From Selaginella moellendorffii (taxonomy: Eukaryota; Plantae; Lycopodiophyta): a stretch of DNA of 64,000 bases. This document shows, in pieces, positions 54,028 to 64,000 of this stretch. The stretch is taken from assembly GCF_000143415.4 (NCBI RefSeq), contig NW_003314363.1, forward strand, positions 496,001-560,000, given 5' to 3'. Positions within the stretch are counted from its first letter, which is position 1; every line of letters begins with the position of its first letter. The notes beneath the pieces were generated by a model. The model worked only from the letters and a program-made list of their open reading frames with translations. It did no database searches and was not told the DNA's origin. The position numbers and the translations under genes were made by a program.

Positions 54028-55488
54028 ATGGTTCTGCTGCCTCTGATCCTCTTCGTGCTCTTCAGATCGTCAGCGTCTCAAGTTGTCGAAGTCCCTGTCA
54101 ACACGAAGTGGACGATCGATCCATCGATTGATCCCCAACCGGCGATCATCCAGGCCCCCGACTACAGCTTTGGCTTCACGAAAACTTGCGCCCCTCCTTC
54201 ACTCCCTCCATCCTTCTACCTGTCGATCTGGAAGCCCGACTTCAAGGACGTAAATTGCAGCTGTTCTACCACCGTCACCAGCCTCTGGCAAGCCAACCGC
54301 GACTTCCCAGTCTCCGCCAATGCGACCCTCGCATTTGGAGGCGATGGAAACTTAGTCCTGAGCCAAGGATCTCTCCAGGTATGGTCTTCCAACACCTCCG
54401 GCCAAGGAGTCGTGGCTATGGTGCTCTATGTAACCGGGAACCTCGTTCTCCACCGCGAGAAGTTCGAGATAGTCTGGCAGAGCTTCGACCACCCCACGGA
54501 CTCGCTGGTCGTCAACCAGATACTAAAGCTTGGAACCAGGATCGTCTCCAGTGTCTCTCCCACCAACAAAAGCCCTGGAAGCTTTTATCTCGAGCTCCAG
54601 CCTCACGCTCTCGTTGGATTCGCTCAGGCCCCTGGAACGCCACAAACTTACATGATCTGGGACCTGGGAAGCCATGAAGTAGCGTCCCTGGTGCTCGAAG
54701 GCTGCACTCTCTTCGCATATAGCAAGCTAGACGCTCCGCTAGGATTCAAGAGCTTGAGCTCAGCGCCATTCTGCTTCCCGGGATCTTTCCTCAAGCTCCA
54801 ACACGATGGCGAGGTGCGCTTCTGGCAGAGCTTTCGAAGGCGCGATTCCATCGTCGTCGGTAGTAGAATGAGCATTGGTGAGTGTGGAAAGTATGGAGTT
54901 ATCCTGCAGAAAACCTGCGCCTGCCTCGATTTTGATCCATCCACTCTCAAGCTGAAGCCAGTGACCAATGGGAAAAACCCGTGCTCTGTCCCGGAGGAAG
55001 TCTCGTCCATGGAGGATCGATGCAACGGTAGCGCTGCTGTTCCTCACCAGTTCGTGGAAGCCCGCGGCTACGATTATCTGCCGCTCCATTTCATGCAAGG
55101 GACCTCCAATCTCTCCGCCACGGATTGCCAGAAATCCTGCCTCTCGGATTGTACCTGCGTCGCGGCATTCTTCCACCAGTTTGCAACCCAAGAACAAGCC
55201 AGCGCCTGCTACCGCGTCAGCGCCCTCTACACCGTCGCGATCGAGCCCCTGCGCCACGGATACGCGTCGGTGATGTTCCTCAAGATCAAGTCCTCTAGAA
55301 CCCTAACACTACCTCCCGTCATCCAACGCGGATCCTCCTCCTCCCGCAAGGCGCTGAGGGTCGTCGCCAACACGGCGATCGGCGCCTTCTCGGCGATCAC
55401 CGCTGCGTCGCTGCTGATCGCGCTCCTCATCGCGCGCTGGAGAAGGAGAATGGCAAGAATTTCGGCGGTGGAAGACTTGGAGACTTAG
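54028..55488 (+). CDS. S-domain (bulb-type lectin + PAN/apple) membrane receptor-like protein lacking a kinase domain, intronless
   Basis: Signal peptide MVLLPLILFVLF; LWQANRDFPV..NATL..DGNLVL; VWSSNT; GNLVL; VWQSFDHPTDSL; CGKYG..C.C; CQKSCLSDCTCVAAFF; TM helix followed by RWRRR; stop ~20 aa later. Confidence 0.85.
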   Translation: MVLLPLILFVLFRSSASQVVEVPVNTKWTIDPSIDPQPAIIQAPDYSFGFTKTCAPPSLPPSFYLSIWKPDFKDVNCSCSTTVTSLWQANRDFPVSANATLAFGGDGNLVLSQGSLQVWSSNTSGQGVVAMVLYVTGNLVLHREKFEIVWQSFDHPTDSLVVNQILKLGTRIVSSVSPTNKSPGSFYLELQPHALVGFAQAPGTPQTYMIWDLGSHEVASLVLEGCTLFAYSKLDAPLGFKSLSSAPFCFPGSFLKLQHDGEVRFWQSFRRRDSIVVGSRMSIGECGKYGVILQKTCACLDFDPSTLKLKPVTNGKNPCSVPEEVSSMEDRCNGSAAVPHQFVEARGYDYLPLHFMQGTSNLSATDCQKSCLSDCTCVAAFFHQFATQEQASACYRVSALYTVAIEPLRHGYASVMFLKIKSSRTLTLPPVIQRGSSSSRKALRVVANTAIGAFSAITAASLLIALLIARWRRRMARISAVEDLET

Positions 55489-55581
55489 GGTTTACGTATG
55501 GCCTTCAAAATTTTTAAACGAAAGCGCCATTCTTTGTTTGACTTTACATTGACTGTGTTGACTTATCCTTGACTGGAATGT

Positions 55582-56127
55582 CTAACACGCTGGGTTTATG
55601 AATCTCCACTGCTGGTTGTCACGGTGGTCGTAGGGATGAGTGATGAGAAAGCTATTCTCTCTCACGCCGCCATGGGTGTGATCGCCGTGATAGATATCCA
55701 AGACCATCCCCGAGTTCTGGTATGTCCGCAGCGCGAGGTATCTCTCCCCGACCCCGTCCATCATCCAGAGCGACGAGTTTAGGCCCTGCGAGCTCGAGCC
55801 GCAAGTGATCCTGTTGCCCACCGCATGGTGCTGGAGCGCAAGCCGGGACGAGTAGTTGACGATGAGAATCGCGCTGTGGCCCTCGCGGGGTTGTGGTCTC
55901 CGGATCCACATCTGCGAGGAATGCCCGTCGGCACAGCGCGACATGACCACCACGCGGCTGGAGGCGGTGACGCACAGTGTGAGGTTTGCGCTGGAGACGA
56001 GCTGCGCCGCGCAGTAAGGCCCCGAGGCCGACGACGACGCCTCTGCTCGATTCATGGAGAGTCTGACTGATGCTGCTACAAGCAGCAGCAGCAGTGGCAC
56101 AAGATTCGCGGCGGTTTTCTTCTCCAT
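55582..56127 (-). CDS. Euonymus-related (EUL, ricin-B fold) lectin with signal peptide, copy 1
   Basis: SQMW, IVNYSSRLALQH, SSLW, LDIYHGDHTHGGVRE, DNQQW; hydrophobic leader from the ATG at 56127. Confidence 0.85.
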   Translation of the reverse strand: MEKKTAANLVPLLLLLVAASVRLSMNRAEASSSASGPYCAAQLVSSANLTLCVTASSRVVVMSRCADGHSSQMWIRRPQPREGHSAILIVNYSSRLALQHHAVGNRITCGSSSQGLNSSLWMMDGVGERYLALRTYQNSGMVLDIYHGDHTHGGVRENSFLITHPYDHRDNQQWRFINPAC

Positions 56128-56790
56128 GAAGGGTGATCGAAACACTGTTTGCCTGCAGGAAAAGGAAGAACTTTGAACAACATACAATTTGGATGGAGAC
56201 CATCGCCATGGAAGCATTGCCATGTTTCGATGGAAAACTAAAAATCTGGAAGTAACGTACTGCACAACGATATTGCTGATCGATTGCCTCACTCCAAAAC
56301 CAAAGTTGATCAGAGGAGAACTTCCCTACTGCTATATATTCAAGTAGAGAATGTAAAGATGCAGTTTCTTGGTTTTGTTATAAAAAGCTGGGCATTCCGG
56401 ACGAGCGGATGCCCTTTCTCGGTATTTAAAAGTTTCTAAAAGTGATCAGCAGCTTCTTGTGTATTGCCATTCTTGATTTCTTTTAACTCTCCTTCAAGAA
56501 AGTGGACTGAAAGACTTTTTTCTGCTCGTATATACAATGCAGCCGATGCACTCGGTGACGGCAAATGCGTGGGTTGTTTCGAGGATTTCGGAGATACTTG
56601 TCGACGCAGGTGTGTACGAAACTTTGATCGCCATAGACTCTGAGAAAAAACAGAGTTTTGCAGCAAAGGACGCTCTAGACGAGGACGAGAACCGACTCAA
56701 TCAACATCCCAGGAATCTGGCATAGATCAATCTCTTGGTTTTCTATCAAGTCAATCGAGATTTCACTTGAATTTTATTGTACTGATTTGT

Positions 56791-57327
56791 CTAGCATACA
56801 GAGTTTATGAAAGCCCATTGCTCGTTCTCCTGGTGGTTGTAAGGATGAGCGATTAGAAAACTGTTCTCCCTCACGCCGCCATGGGTCCAATCCCCGTGAA
56901 CTATATCCAGGACGAGCTCCGGGTTATCGTAGCTCCGCAGCGTCACATAGCTGCGCGACGCCGATGCCATCGTCCACAGCGACGAGTTTACGCGCTGCAC
57001 GGAGCCGCAACTGATCTCGCTGCCGGATTCGTGGCCGTGCTGGAGCGCAAGCCGGGACCATAAGTTGATGATGACAAACGCGTCGCGGCCATCAGGATCG
57101 CGGTAGCCGGCGCGTGAGCTCCGGCTCCACAGCTGCTGTGGATCGTCGCGGATGCAGCGCGACATGACAACGATGCCCTGGCTCAGCCCCGTGACGCACA
57201 TGGTGAGGTTTGCGCGGGGGACGAACTGCGCTGCGCAGTAAGACGGCAATTCCGACGCCTTCGTTTCCATTGCTGGTGCTGCGAACTGCAACACAAGGAT
57301 GATCGCTGCTGCTGCTGCTGCATTCAT
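56791..57327 (-). CDS. EUL lectin with signal peptide, copy 2
   Basis: QQLW, DPDGRDAFVIINLWSRLALQH, SSLWT, LDIVHGDWTHGGVRE, ENEQW. Confidence 0.85.
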   Translation of the reverse strand: MNAAAAAAIILVLQFAAPAMETKASELPSYCAAQFVPRANLTMCVTGLSQGIVVMSRCIRDDPQQLWSRSSRAGYRDPDGRDAFVIINLWSRLALQHGHESGSEISCGSVQRVNSSLWTMASASRSYVTLRSYDNPELVLDIVHGDWTHGGVRENSFLIAHPYNHQENEQWAFINSVC

Positions 57328-57880
57328 GGCGTTCGTGTAGTTTCGAATCACTGACTATGCCTGCGAAACGAAGAACGTAAGAATGCGATTATATGTCAAG
57401 AAGTTTAAATACGATAGGTCTAGTACTTCGAACGCTTGCTTTCCTTCAAACCAAGATGATTCGAAAACGAACGGCAGCTATTTCATGTCGATAGTGTGGT
57501 ACCTTGTTGTTATTGAATGAAAAAGAAATATAATTGTATTTGCAAAGCTGGCGGGGCAAGCTTTCTGTGACTGAATCAAAAGAGCAGATTCTGACAACTA
57601 TGATCATGCACAAATTGACTGAAGTCAGAGAGATGTTAATTCAATGCGTTAGCAAGCTCATCACAGCCATAACTTTCTGGAAACGTTTCATCTCAGGTTG
57701 TAACATTTAGAAGTATGGGAACAGCGCTCCAACACATACTTTTATAATAAGCAATGGCACTCCAACTAGCAGAAGAACCTCGTGCTGAAGTTCTGATAGT
57801 TCTGTAACGTCCTGGAATACAGGTGGAGTACCGACACTATGCAATATGACATATGATCCGCTTAAGTTCAATGCGAGAAT

Positions 57881-58411
57881 TTAGCATACAGAGTTTATGA
57901 AAGCCCATTCCTGGTTAATCTCGCCATGGCTGTAGGAACCCATACAGGGGAGTTCACTCGAAACCCATGTTACAACGAGGTTCGGTTGGTCGTAGCTCCG
58001 CAGCGTGTAGTAGTTATGCGACACAGCCTGCCTAGTCCACAGTGACGAGTTTAGATCAGGTTGTTCTCCGGGTTGTTCTCCCACTGTACCCAAAGTGATA
58101 AACGCATCTACGTAATGCTGAAGTGCAAGCTGGGACCCGGTATTGACGAGCTCAAACGCGTCCAGGCCATGAGAATCAACGTTGCCGGCGTATGATCTCC
58201 GGATCCATAGCTGTGACGGATCCTTGTGCATGCAGGGCGACATGATGGCGCAGGTGGTGCCCTGGCTTGCGTACGCAGTGAGGCACATTGTGAGGTTTGA
58301 GCGGGGCACAATCTCTACACAAGATGCTTCGGATAACGAGGACGAAGGCTCTGCTCTCGATGGGGCGAGTGTAAGCTGCAGTAGAAGGATGGCCACTGCA
58401 GCTGCCTTCAT
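57881..58411 (-). CDS. EUL lectin with signal peptide, copy 3 (divergent third subdomain)
   Basis: SQLW, DSHGLDAFELVNTGSQLALQH, SSLWT, INQEW; lacks the LDxxHGDxxHGGV loop. Confidence 0.8.
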   Translation of the reverse strand: MKAAAVAILLLQLTLAPSRAEPSSSLSEASCVEIVPRSNLTMCLTAYASQGTTCAIMSPCMHKDPSQLWIRRSYAGNVDSHGLDAFELVNTGSQLALQHYVDAFITLGTVGEQPGEQPDLNSSLWTRQAVSHNYYTLRSYDQPNLVVTWVSSELPCMGSYSHGEINQEWAFINSVC

Positions 58412-58901
58412 GGTGCCAAAGAAGCTGCTGGACCTGTGCCTGCACAAACCATAATGTTAGAACACACTTGGAGAAAGACGAGGAAGAAAGAACATTATAA
58501 GAAGTTGAGGCATCTGTTGCTGCCTGCTCGACAATTGCTTCCCTGCAAGCTGAAGAGTTCTGTTCTGCTACTTAAAGTGGAGCTCTGCGCGCATTCCAAG
58601 AAAATGAATGTCCTTTCTTGCGATTTTCAGGAGCTGTGAGTCAATGCATAGGAGATGATTCGAAGTGATAAGCAAGCACTAACTTCATTTGGAAGATTGT
58701 GAGTTGCATTTGAAAGTAAGATCTTGCCGTTCCGAATCATGCAACTCTGCAAACTAGCTGACGAGCATGAGCAGGATCATTGGCAAGCCTGGAAAACAAG
58801 TTAGCTTCACAATCACCACCACGACAATCACAAAACAACTCCCTGGAAATGTCAAGTAACAAGGAACGATTCAAAGATTCCGGTTATAACGTAATGTTCT
58901 T

Positions 58902-58954
58902 CCACGTGGCATAACAGCGTGGCAAAGCGGCTGTGAGTCACCCGCTTACGTGGG
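58902..58954. promoter_or_regulatory. Cluster of bZIP-type elements between EUL copy 3 and VPS60
   Basis: CCACGTGGC (58902), AGCGTGGC (58916), TGAGTCA (58934) and TACGTGG (~58947). Confidence 0.45.
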
Positions 58955-59201
58955 ATAGTTTCGAATATCTGTCTGATCTTCATCCAAACCGTGGATTTTT
59001 CTTTTTATCTTTTTTATTTGAGTGGAAATTTCGCGAGAGGGAACCTAAGGCGAAGGCGTGCGAGTGAAGACGAAGCTCCAGGCGCCGGCAACGCGCTCGA
59101 GGGGTGAATTCACGGGCGCGGAGTGATCCAGGTGCGCGCCGATCGATTGGAGCTCGCGTCTCGCCAATCGGGATCGAATCGTAGGGTAATCTCTCCGAGG
59201 C

Positions 59202-60269
59202 ATGAAGCGCGTCTTTGGGGCGAGGAAGGAGAAAACTCCGCCGCCTACAGTCGAAGAGGCGACAGAACGGGTAATCGAAATCACTGGCCAGGGAATCCCT
59301 TTTTTTTTCTTACTCGATTCTCTCCCTTTCCCTCTACTCAGATCAACAAGAGAGGCGATGGAGTGGACGATAAAATCAAGAAACTCGATGCGGAGCTCGT
59401 GAAGTACCGCGAGCAAATCAAGAGAACGAGACCGGGGCCTGCGCAGGAAGCGGTCAAGGCTCGAGCGATGAGAATTTTAAAACAGAAGAAAATGTAAGTT
59501 TTGTCGATCAAACTTTCTCGTGCTTTCGCGATCGATCAAACTTTCTCCTTCGCAGGTACGAGGGACAGAGGGACATGCTCTACAATCAAACGTTTAATCT
59601 CGAGCAAGTTTCGTTTGCCACGGAAGGCATCAAGGACGCGCAGCAAACTGTAAGAAAAAAGCTTGCGTTTCACTCCATCTGTGGCTCACTTCTCCATGGC
59701 TTAGATGTCAGCTATGAAGGCAGCGAACAAAGAGCTCAAAGGCACGATGAAGACGCTCAAGATCGACGATATTGACGTGAGTTTTTCCGTTCTTTTCTTC
59801 GTCTCGGCCTTAGCTTTCTACCGTTGCCTTGCAGAAAATGCAAGACGAGATGCTCGACCTCGTGGATTACAGCACCGAGATACAGGAATCACTCGGTAGA
59901 AGTTACAACGTTCCGGATGATCTCGACGAGGAGGAATTGATGGGAGGTAAGCTAAGAGACTTCATTCGTGTTTCGATCAGTAACAAGTTCCAGTTTAGAG
60001 CTGAGCGCTCTCGAAGCTGAGATGGGAGAGACGGAGCACGATGGAGGAGTTCCGTCTTATTTGCAACCGGAGAAAGATGGCGATCTAGAATCGGAGCTAA
60101 ATCTTCCCGCTGCTCCATCGACTGCGCATGGTGCTCAAGCGAATCCACAGGTAGGAACTTTGGAGTGATTCATTCCACTGTTTGGCCGTAACTCTCTGTT
60201 GATGCGCGTGTGCAGGCCGCGGACGAGTATGGATTTCCAGCCGTGCCGAGAGCATCATTACGTACCTGA
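59202..60269 (+). CDS. VPS60: ESCRT-III-associated VPS60/CHMP5, multi-exon
   Basis: MKRVFGARKEK, KIKKLDAELVKYREQIK..RPGPAQEAVKARAMRILKQKKM|YEGQRDMLYNQTFNLEQV, IQESLGRSYNVPDDLDEEELMGEL, GFPAVPRASLRT*. Confidence 0.95.
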
Positions 60270-60530
60270 TGCTGCCAAGCATTTTGTTCTGCGTTGTACA
60301 GTACAGGTTCTTTTCTATTCCTTCCGCGAGATTTGCTTGATCTTCACACTTCTTAGTACTGAAACTAGAGCGTCAGCCAAATTTATTTCCTGTCTCGGTG
60401 ACTCGAGACAGGCCTTTAAGATATGAAAATCAACTTAGCTTGCCATTGCGCGTGCTTCGAGCTCAAAACTAGTCCACTTCTGTGCACAATGTTAGTGATG
60501 AAGTTACCGTTTGAAGATTCAATGGGGGTT

Positions 60531-61912
60531 TTAGACTGGTTCATCGTTCTTTGTTAGTGAGCTTAGCAAGGGCTGGGAATCGATGGGATGGTTGGCTACA
60601 GCGCTTTGCTGGAAGGCGAGAAAACTGAGAGCAGTGAATAAATCCAGCGTCTTACCATGGATTTTTTCGGCTGGCTCGCGTAAGTCACCCATATCGTTCC
60701 CAACACCAAAAGAGCTCCACCTATGCACGTAGATATTCTGGAGAAACGAGCTACATTAAGTTCCTGAGACTAGAAAATGGTTTTCATACCCAGGAGGAGG
60801 AGAGACATCGAGCAGCCAGCCAACGACGGATCCAAAGACGGGCTCCAGCGTTACTGCCATGGAGACAAGGAGAGGACTGCAGTACTTAAGAACTGCATTC
60901 AAACCAGTGTGGCCTACAAATCCCGGGCCGAGTGCCAGGAAAACAACTGGAAACCAAAACTCTGGCACAAGAAACACGGAAGTTGAAAGTCCAAAGGATC
61001 GAAAAGAACAAAAAAACCAACCTTTGTTGAACCAGCCAAAAGGGCCGCTTACGTATCCCGGCACTGTTTCTCCATCCACGAAAGCACAAGACAAGCTCAG
61101 AAAGATGGACGCTCCGGCCGTGACAGGAAAGACATAAATGTAGAGAGGCATCCAAGCTGCACTGCACCACAAACGCGAAGTTCATGGAAGTTAGAAGTTA
61201 TAGTCTCCCTGTATTCCTATACCTCTCAGGTGGCTCCCGGAAACCATGTAGATCACAAAGGCACAGGCTGCTAGAAACGCAGCACAATCACCGACGAGTG
61301 TCACTTCCGCGTCATTCTCCACTCGGGACATTGCAGCGATGATCACAACCCCGAGAAGCCCCGTGATGATCCCGAAAGTTTCTCCAAGCGACAAAGGCTG
61401 GCAACGCAGCCAGGAGACCACCGCGAGGATTATCGGCGGTATGGAGACGAGGAGGAGACTATGCGGGAGAGAAGTGTGAAGCAGCGACCAGACCTGAATC
61501 GATCAAGAGAGAACAAGGTGTGAAAAGTATGATCTTGGACGAAGAACTTACCCAGAGTCCAAAGTGAAGAGCCAGAGCCAATGCGCTTAACACGACGATC
61601 CGGCATTGGTACGCGCGGCGGCGCTGCTCGATGGGAAGCCAGCGCCACTGCCAGACGAATCCAGGGAGAAGGATCAAGGCGGTGGCCTGGAGCCTCCATG
61701 CAGCCGACGACACCGGCGCGGCATCGCGCATGAGCTTGGTCACCTGTTGTGCGAATCGAGATCGAGAGAGCATTACGCAAATGGAAAAGAAAATCTCGAC
61801 AGATCTGTAGCATTACCGCGCCCGCCGAGGAGATCGCAAACACAGCGAGCACGAGCACGGGGAGAACATACCAAGGCCGCGCGGTGCCAATGCCATCTCC
61901 ATTCTCGGCCAT
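60531..61912 (-). CDS. EamA/DMT family membrane transporter, multi-exon
   Basis: LAVFAISSAG, AAWRLQATALIL, LALHFGLW, VTLVGDCAAFLAA, LGPGFVGHTGLNAVLKY.SPLLVS...LEPVFGS. Confidence 0.88.
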
Positions 61913-61986
61913 GCCCTGTTTCTAGGGCAAATGTCCTGCTTTCAGGTTTTAGGGCTAAAAAGGAATATAGCATATTAAAAAGGAAT

Positions 61987-62067
61987 CGTCAACAGCAGGG
62001 TTCGAACCTGCGCGGGCAAGCCCAACAGATTTCAAGTCTGTCTCCTTAACCACTCGGACATGTTGAC
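61987..62067 (-). tRNA. trnS-UGA: tRNA-Ser (anticodon UGA)
   Basis: GTCAACATGTCCGAGTGGTTAAGGAGACAGACTTGAAATCTGTTGGGCTTGCCCGCGCAGGTTCGAACCCTGCTGTTGACG folds as a cloverleaf with a long variable arm; A and B boxes present; T5 terminator just downstream. Confidence 0.97.
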
Positions 62068-62144
62068 CTTTCATGCAAGCATTTCGAGATTGGCAAAACC
62101 TGTATGAAAACCCGAATAGCTGGCCTAAGAAAACTCTTACAAAT

Positions 62145-62501
62145 TCACGAGACTAGCCTTTGGCTCCGACGGTGCCTGTTGTGATCGGAAGAGCACAGCA
62201 GCAATCCCCAGAGCGGCCACTTCAGTAACTTTTTTAAAAACCTCGCTAGGCACCGGCAACACGACTCCGGGATGCTAAGATCACTCTCCGACGATGATCT
62301 CACGTACGGCGCCACTCCAAAGATCCTGGAAGAGCTCCTCGTCGGCCTATTGCGGCACCAAGAGCAGGAAGAACACGAGCATGGCGAGTTGGAGTGGGAG
62401 GTGAAATCTTCTTCCGCGTCCAAAGAGTTTGCGTGCTCCAATCTCACCGAGGCGATCACATCGCGCATGCTCGTGTACCTTGGCTCGTCCTTCCTCAGCA
62501 T
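62145..62501 (-). CDS. Small uncharacterised Cys/Ser-rich protein
   Basis: GC-rich 118-aa ORF from the ATG at 62501 (PRYTSMRDVI..., CSCSSCSWCRNR, CCRC); family not established. Confidence 0.4.
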   Translation of the reverse strand: MLRKDEPRYTSMRDVIASVRLEHANSLDAEEDFTSHSNSPCSCSSCSWCRNRPTRSSSRIFGVAPYVRSSSESDLSIPESCCRCLARFLKKLLKWPLWGLLLCSSDHNRHRRSQRLVS

Positions 62502-62709
62502 CAATATTTTTGATCTGGGGTGACAAAAATAGGATCTATCACGATTTAGGGATATAGTTATTTAGGGCAATTGATAGGGTTAAAAGGGGTAAAGTACAAA
62601 GAGCGAGGTGAAGTGTTACAAGGGTAAAAGGGGCTTTGAAATGTTGGCATTAGGGTTTATGGGATATTCTAGGGTTTAAGGGTGGATGAAAGCCCTGGTC
62701 CCGGGGGCG

Positions 62710-64000
62710 ATGGCGGGAGGAGCGGGGCGAGTGGCGCTGGCGCGGGGCAACTCGATCCTCTTGTGCCAGAGCAGCGGCAATGGATTCGATGTGAGCTCGG
62801 TAGGATTTCACAGCCAGGCGCAGCTGCATTGCGAAGAATCGCCGTGGACGGGGCTGGATCCCGACGACGCCGCCCCGGAGGATCGCGAGGCGGCGGATTA
62901 TCAGCTCCAGCTGCTCCAGCAGAGGGGATTCTTGTTCCGGACGGAGACGTGCAATGCGCTGCTGTCGGGGCTGATGTCGGCGCGCAAGCACGATCAAGCG
63001 CTGCGGCTCTTCAAGGAGGTCCTGGCGGGGCTGTTTGCGCCCAACGCTCACACCTACAATGTGCTCATCCGGGGCTTCTGCAAGGGCGGGCAAATGCACC
63101 AGGCGGTGAGCGTCTTCTCCGACATGAAATCCAGTGGCTTGCTTCCAAACGCCAGCACCATGAACACGCTGCTCCTGGGGCTCTGTGAGATCGGCCAGAT
63201 GTCCAGCGCTCTCAAGCTCTTCCGGGAGATGCAAGCCGGGCCTTTCCTCCCGACTAGCGCCTCGCACAACATCCTCTTGCGGGGTTTTTTCATGGCCGGG
63301 AGGGTGAGGGATGCGCTCGCTCACCTCCAGGATATGAGGAAGAGCTCGAGCTCGGTGGCAATTGGAACTTACAACCTGGTTCTCAAGGGGCTGTGCTGGG
63401 AGAACAAGTCGGCCAACCGGCTCGAGCAGGCTATAGAGTTTTTCAAGGAGATGAAGGCTAGTGGTGTGGAGCCCGACCTTGAGAGCTACCATATACTTCT
63501 CTCGGCTTTGTCCGACTCTGGAAGGATGGCCGAGGCGCACGCTCTCTTTTCGGCAATGACGTGCTCTCCGGATATCATGACTTACAACGTTCTCATGGAT
63601 GGCTACTGCAAGATTGGCCAGACTTACGAGGCGCAGAGCCTGATGAAGGAGATACTCAAAGCCGGGTACGAGCCAAACGTTTTCACTTACAGCATCATCA
63701 TCAACTGCTACTGCAAATTGGATAAGGTTGAAGAGGCCTGGGAGGTATTCATGAAGATGATCGAGAGTAACTGTGTTCCGAATGCCGTCACCTTCAACAC
63801 TCTTATTGCCGGGTTCTGCAAGGCTGGGATGCTCGAGGACGCTATCAAGCTCTTCGCTGAGATGGAGAAAATTGGGTGCAAGGCAACTATAGTCACGTAT
63901 AATACTCTGATCGACAGCCTTTGCAAAAAGAGGGGAGGAGTTTACACGGCTGTCGACCTTTTCAACAAGCTCGAGGGAGCTGGCCTTACTCCCACTATTG
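62710..64000 (+). CDS. P-class pentatricopeptide repeat protein (runs off the window end; absent from the ORF track)
   Basis: Open frame from the ATG at 62710 with 35-aa repeats PNAHTYNVLIRGFCKGG, PDIMTYNVLMDGYCKIG, PNVFTYSIIINCYCK and PNAVTFNTLIAGFCKAG. Confidence 0.93.
   Translation, partial: MAGGAGRVALARGNSILLCQSSGNGFDVSSVGFHSQAQLHCEESPWTGLDPDDAAPEDREAADYQLQLLQQRGFLFRTETCNALLSGLMSARKHDQALRLFKEVLAGLFAPNAHTYNVLIRGFCKGGQMHQAVSVFSDMKSSGLLPNASTMNTLLLGLCEIGQMSSALKLFREMQAGPFLPTSASHNILLRGFFMAGRVRDALAHLQDMRKSSSSVAIGTYNLVLKGLCWENKSANRLEQAIEFFKEMKASGVEPDLESYHILLSALSDSGRMAEAHALFSAMTCSPDIMTYNVLMDGYCKIGQTYEAQSLMKEILKAGYEPNVFTYSIIINCYCKLDKVEEAWEVFMKMIESNCVPNAVTFNTLIAGFCKAGMLEDAIKLFAEMEKIGCKATIVTYNTLIDSLCKKRGGVYTAVDLFNKLEGAGLTPTI

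Noticed and set aside
62650-63540. 296-aa minus-strand ORF
   Set aside because: Antisense shadow of the P-class PPR on the plus strand.

Overview
This is compact, intron-rich eukaryotic nuclear DNA from a land plant. Short GT-AG introns, roughly 100-bp intergenic spacers, PLS-PPR genes and signal-peptide EUL lectins suggest a lycophyte such as Selaginella (inference). Conserved genes in order: SHMT (3' part), uL18-like, GatA, LIP2p octanoyltransferase, GH19 chitinase-like, DUF815 AAA+ ATPase, PLS-PPR, laccase, AUX1/LAX, RbcX, OST3/6, mS26-like, TauE/SafE, U-box/ARM ligase, TAP46, a kinase-less S-domain receptor, three EUL lectins, VPS60, EamA, tRNA-Ser(UGA) and a P-class PPR. The most unusual elements: (1) an intronless bacterial-type Fic/Fido gene with an intact HPFRDGNGRVGR motif and an ambiguous autoinhibitory helix, ending 63 bp upstream of a divergent AUX1/LAX gene and head-to-head with a non-canonical Dof-like zinc finger missed by the ORF track; (2) a ~2.8-kb inverted duplication built from a chitinase and the LIP2 3' end, whose intact chitinase lacks the catalytic Glu; (3) a frameshifted fungal/actinobacterial-type 2OG-Fe(II) oxygenase; (4) a decayed Ty3/gypsy element with short LTRs and a tRNA-Ala-like PBS, split by ~5 kb of cargo (PPR fragment, Ulp1-like exons, assembly gap). 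Family calls rest on motif recognition by eye, not database searches, and exon boundaries are approximate.
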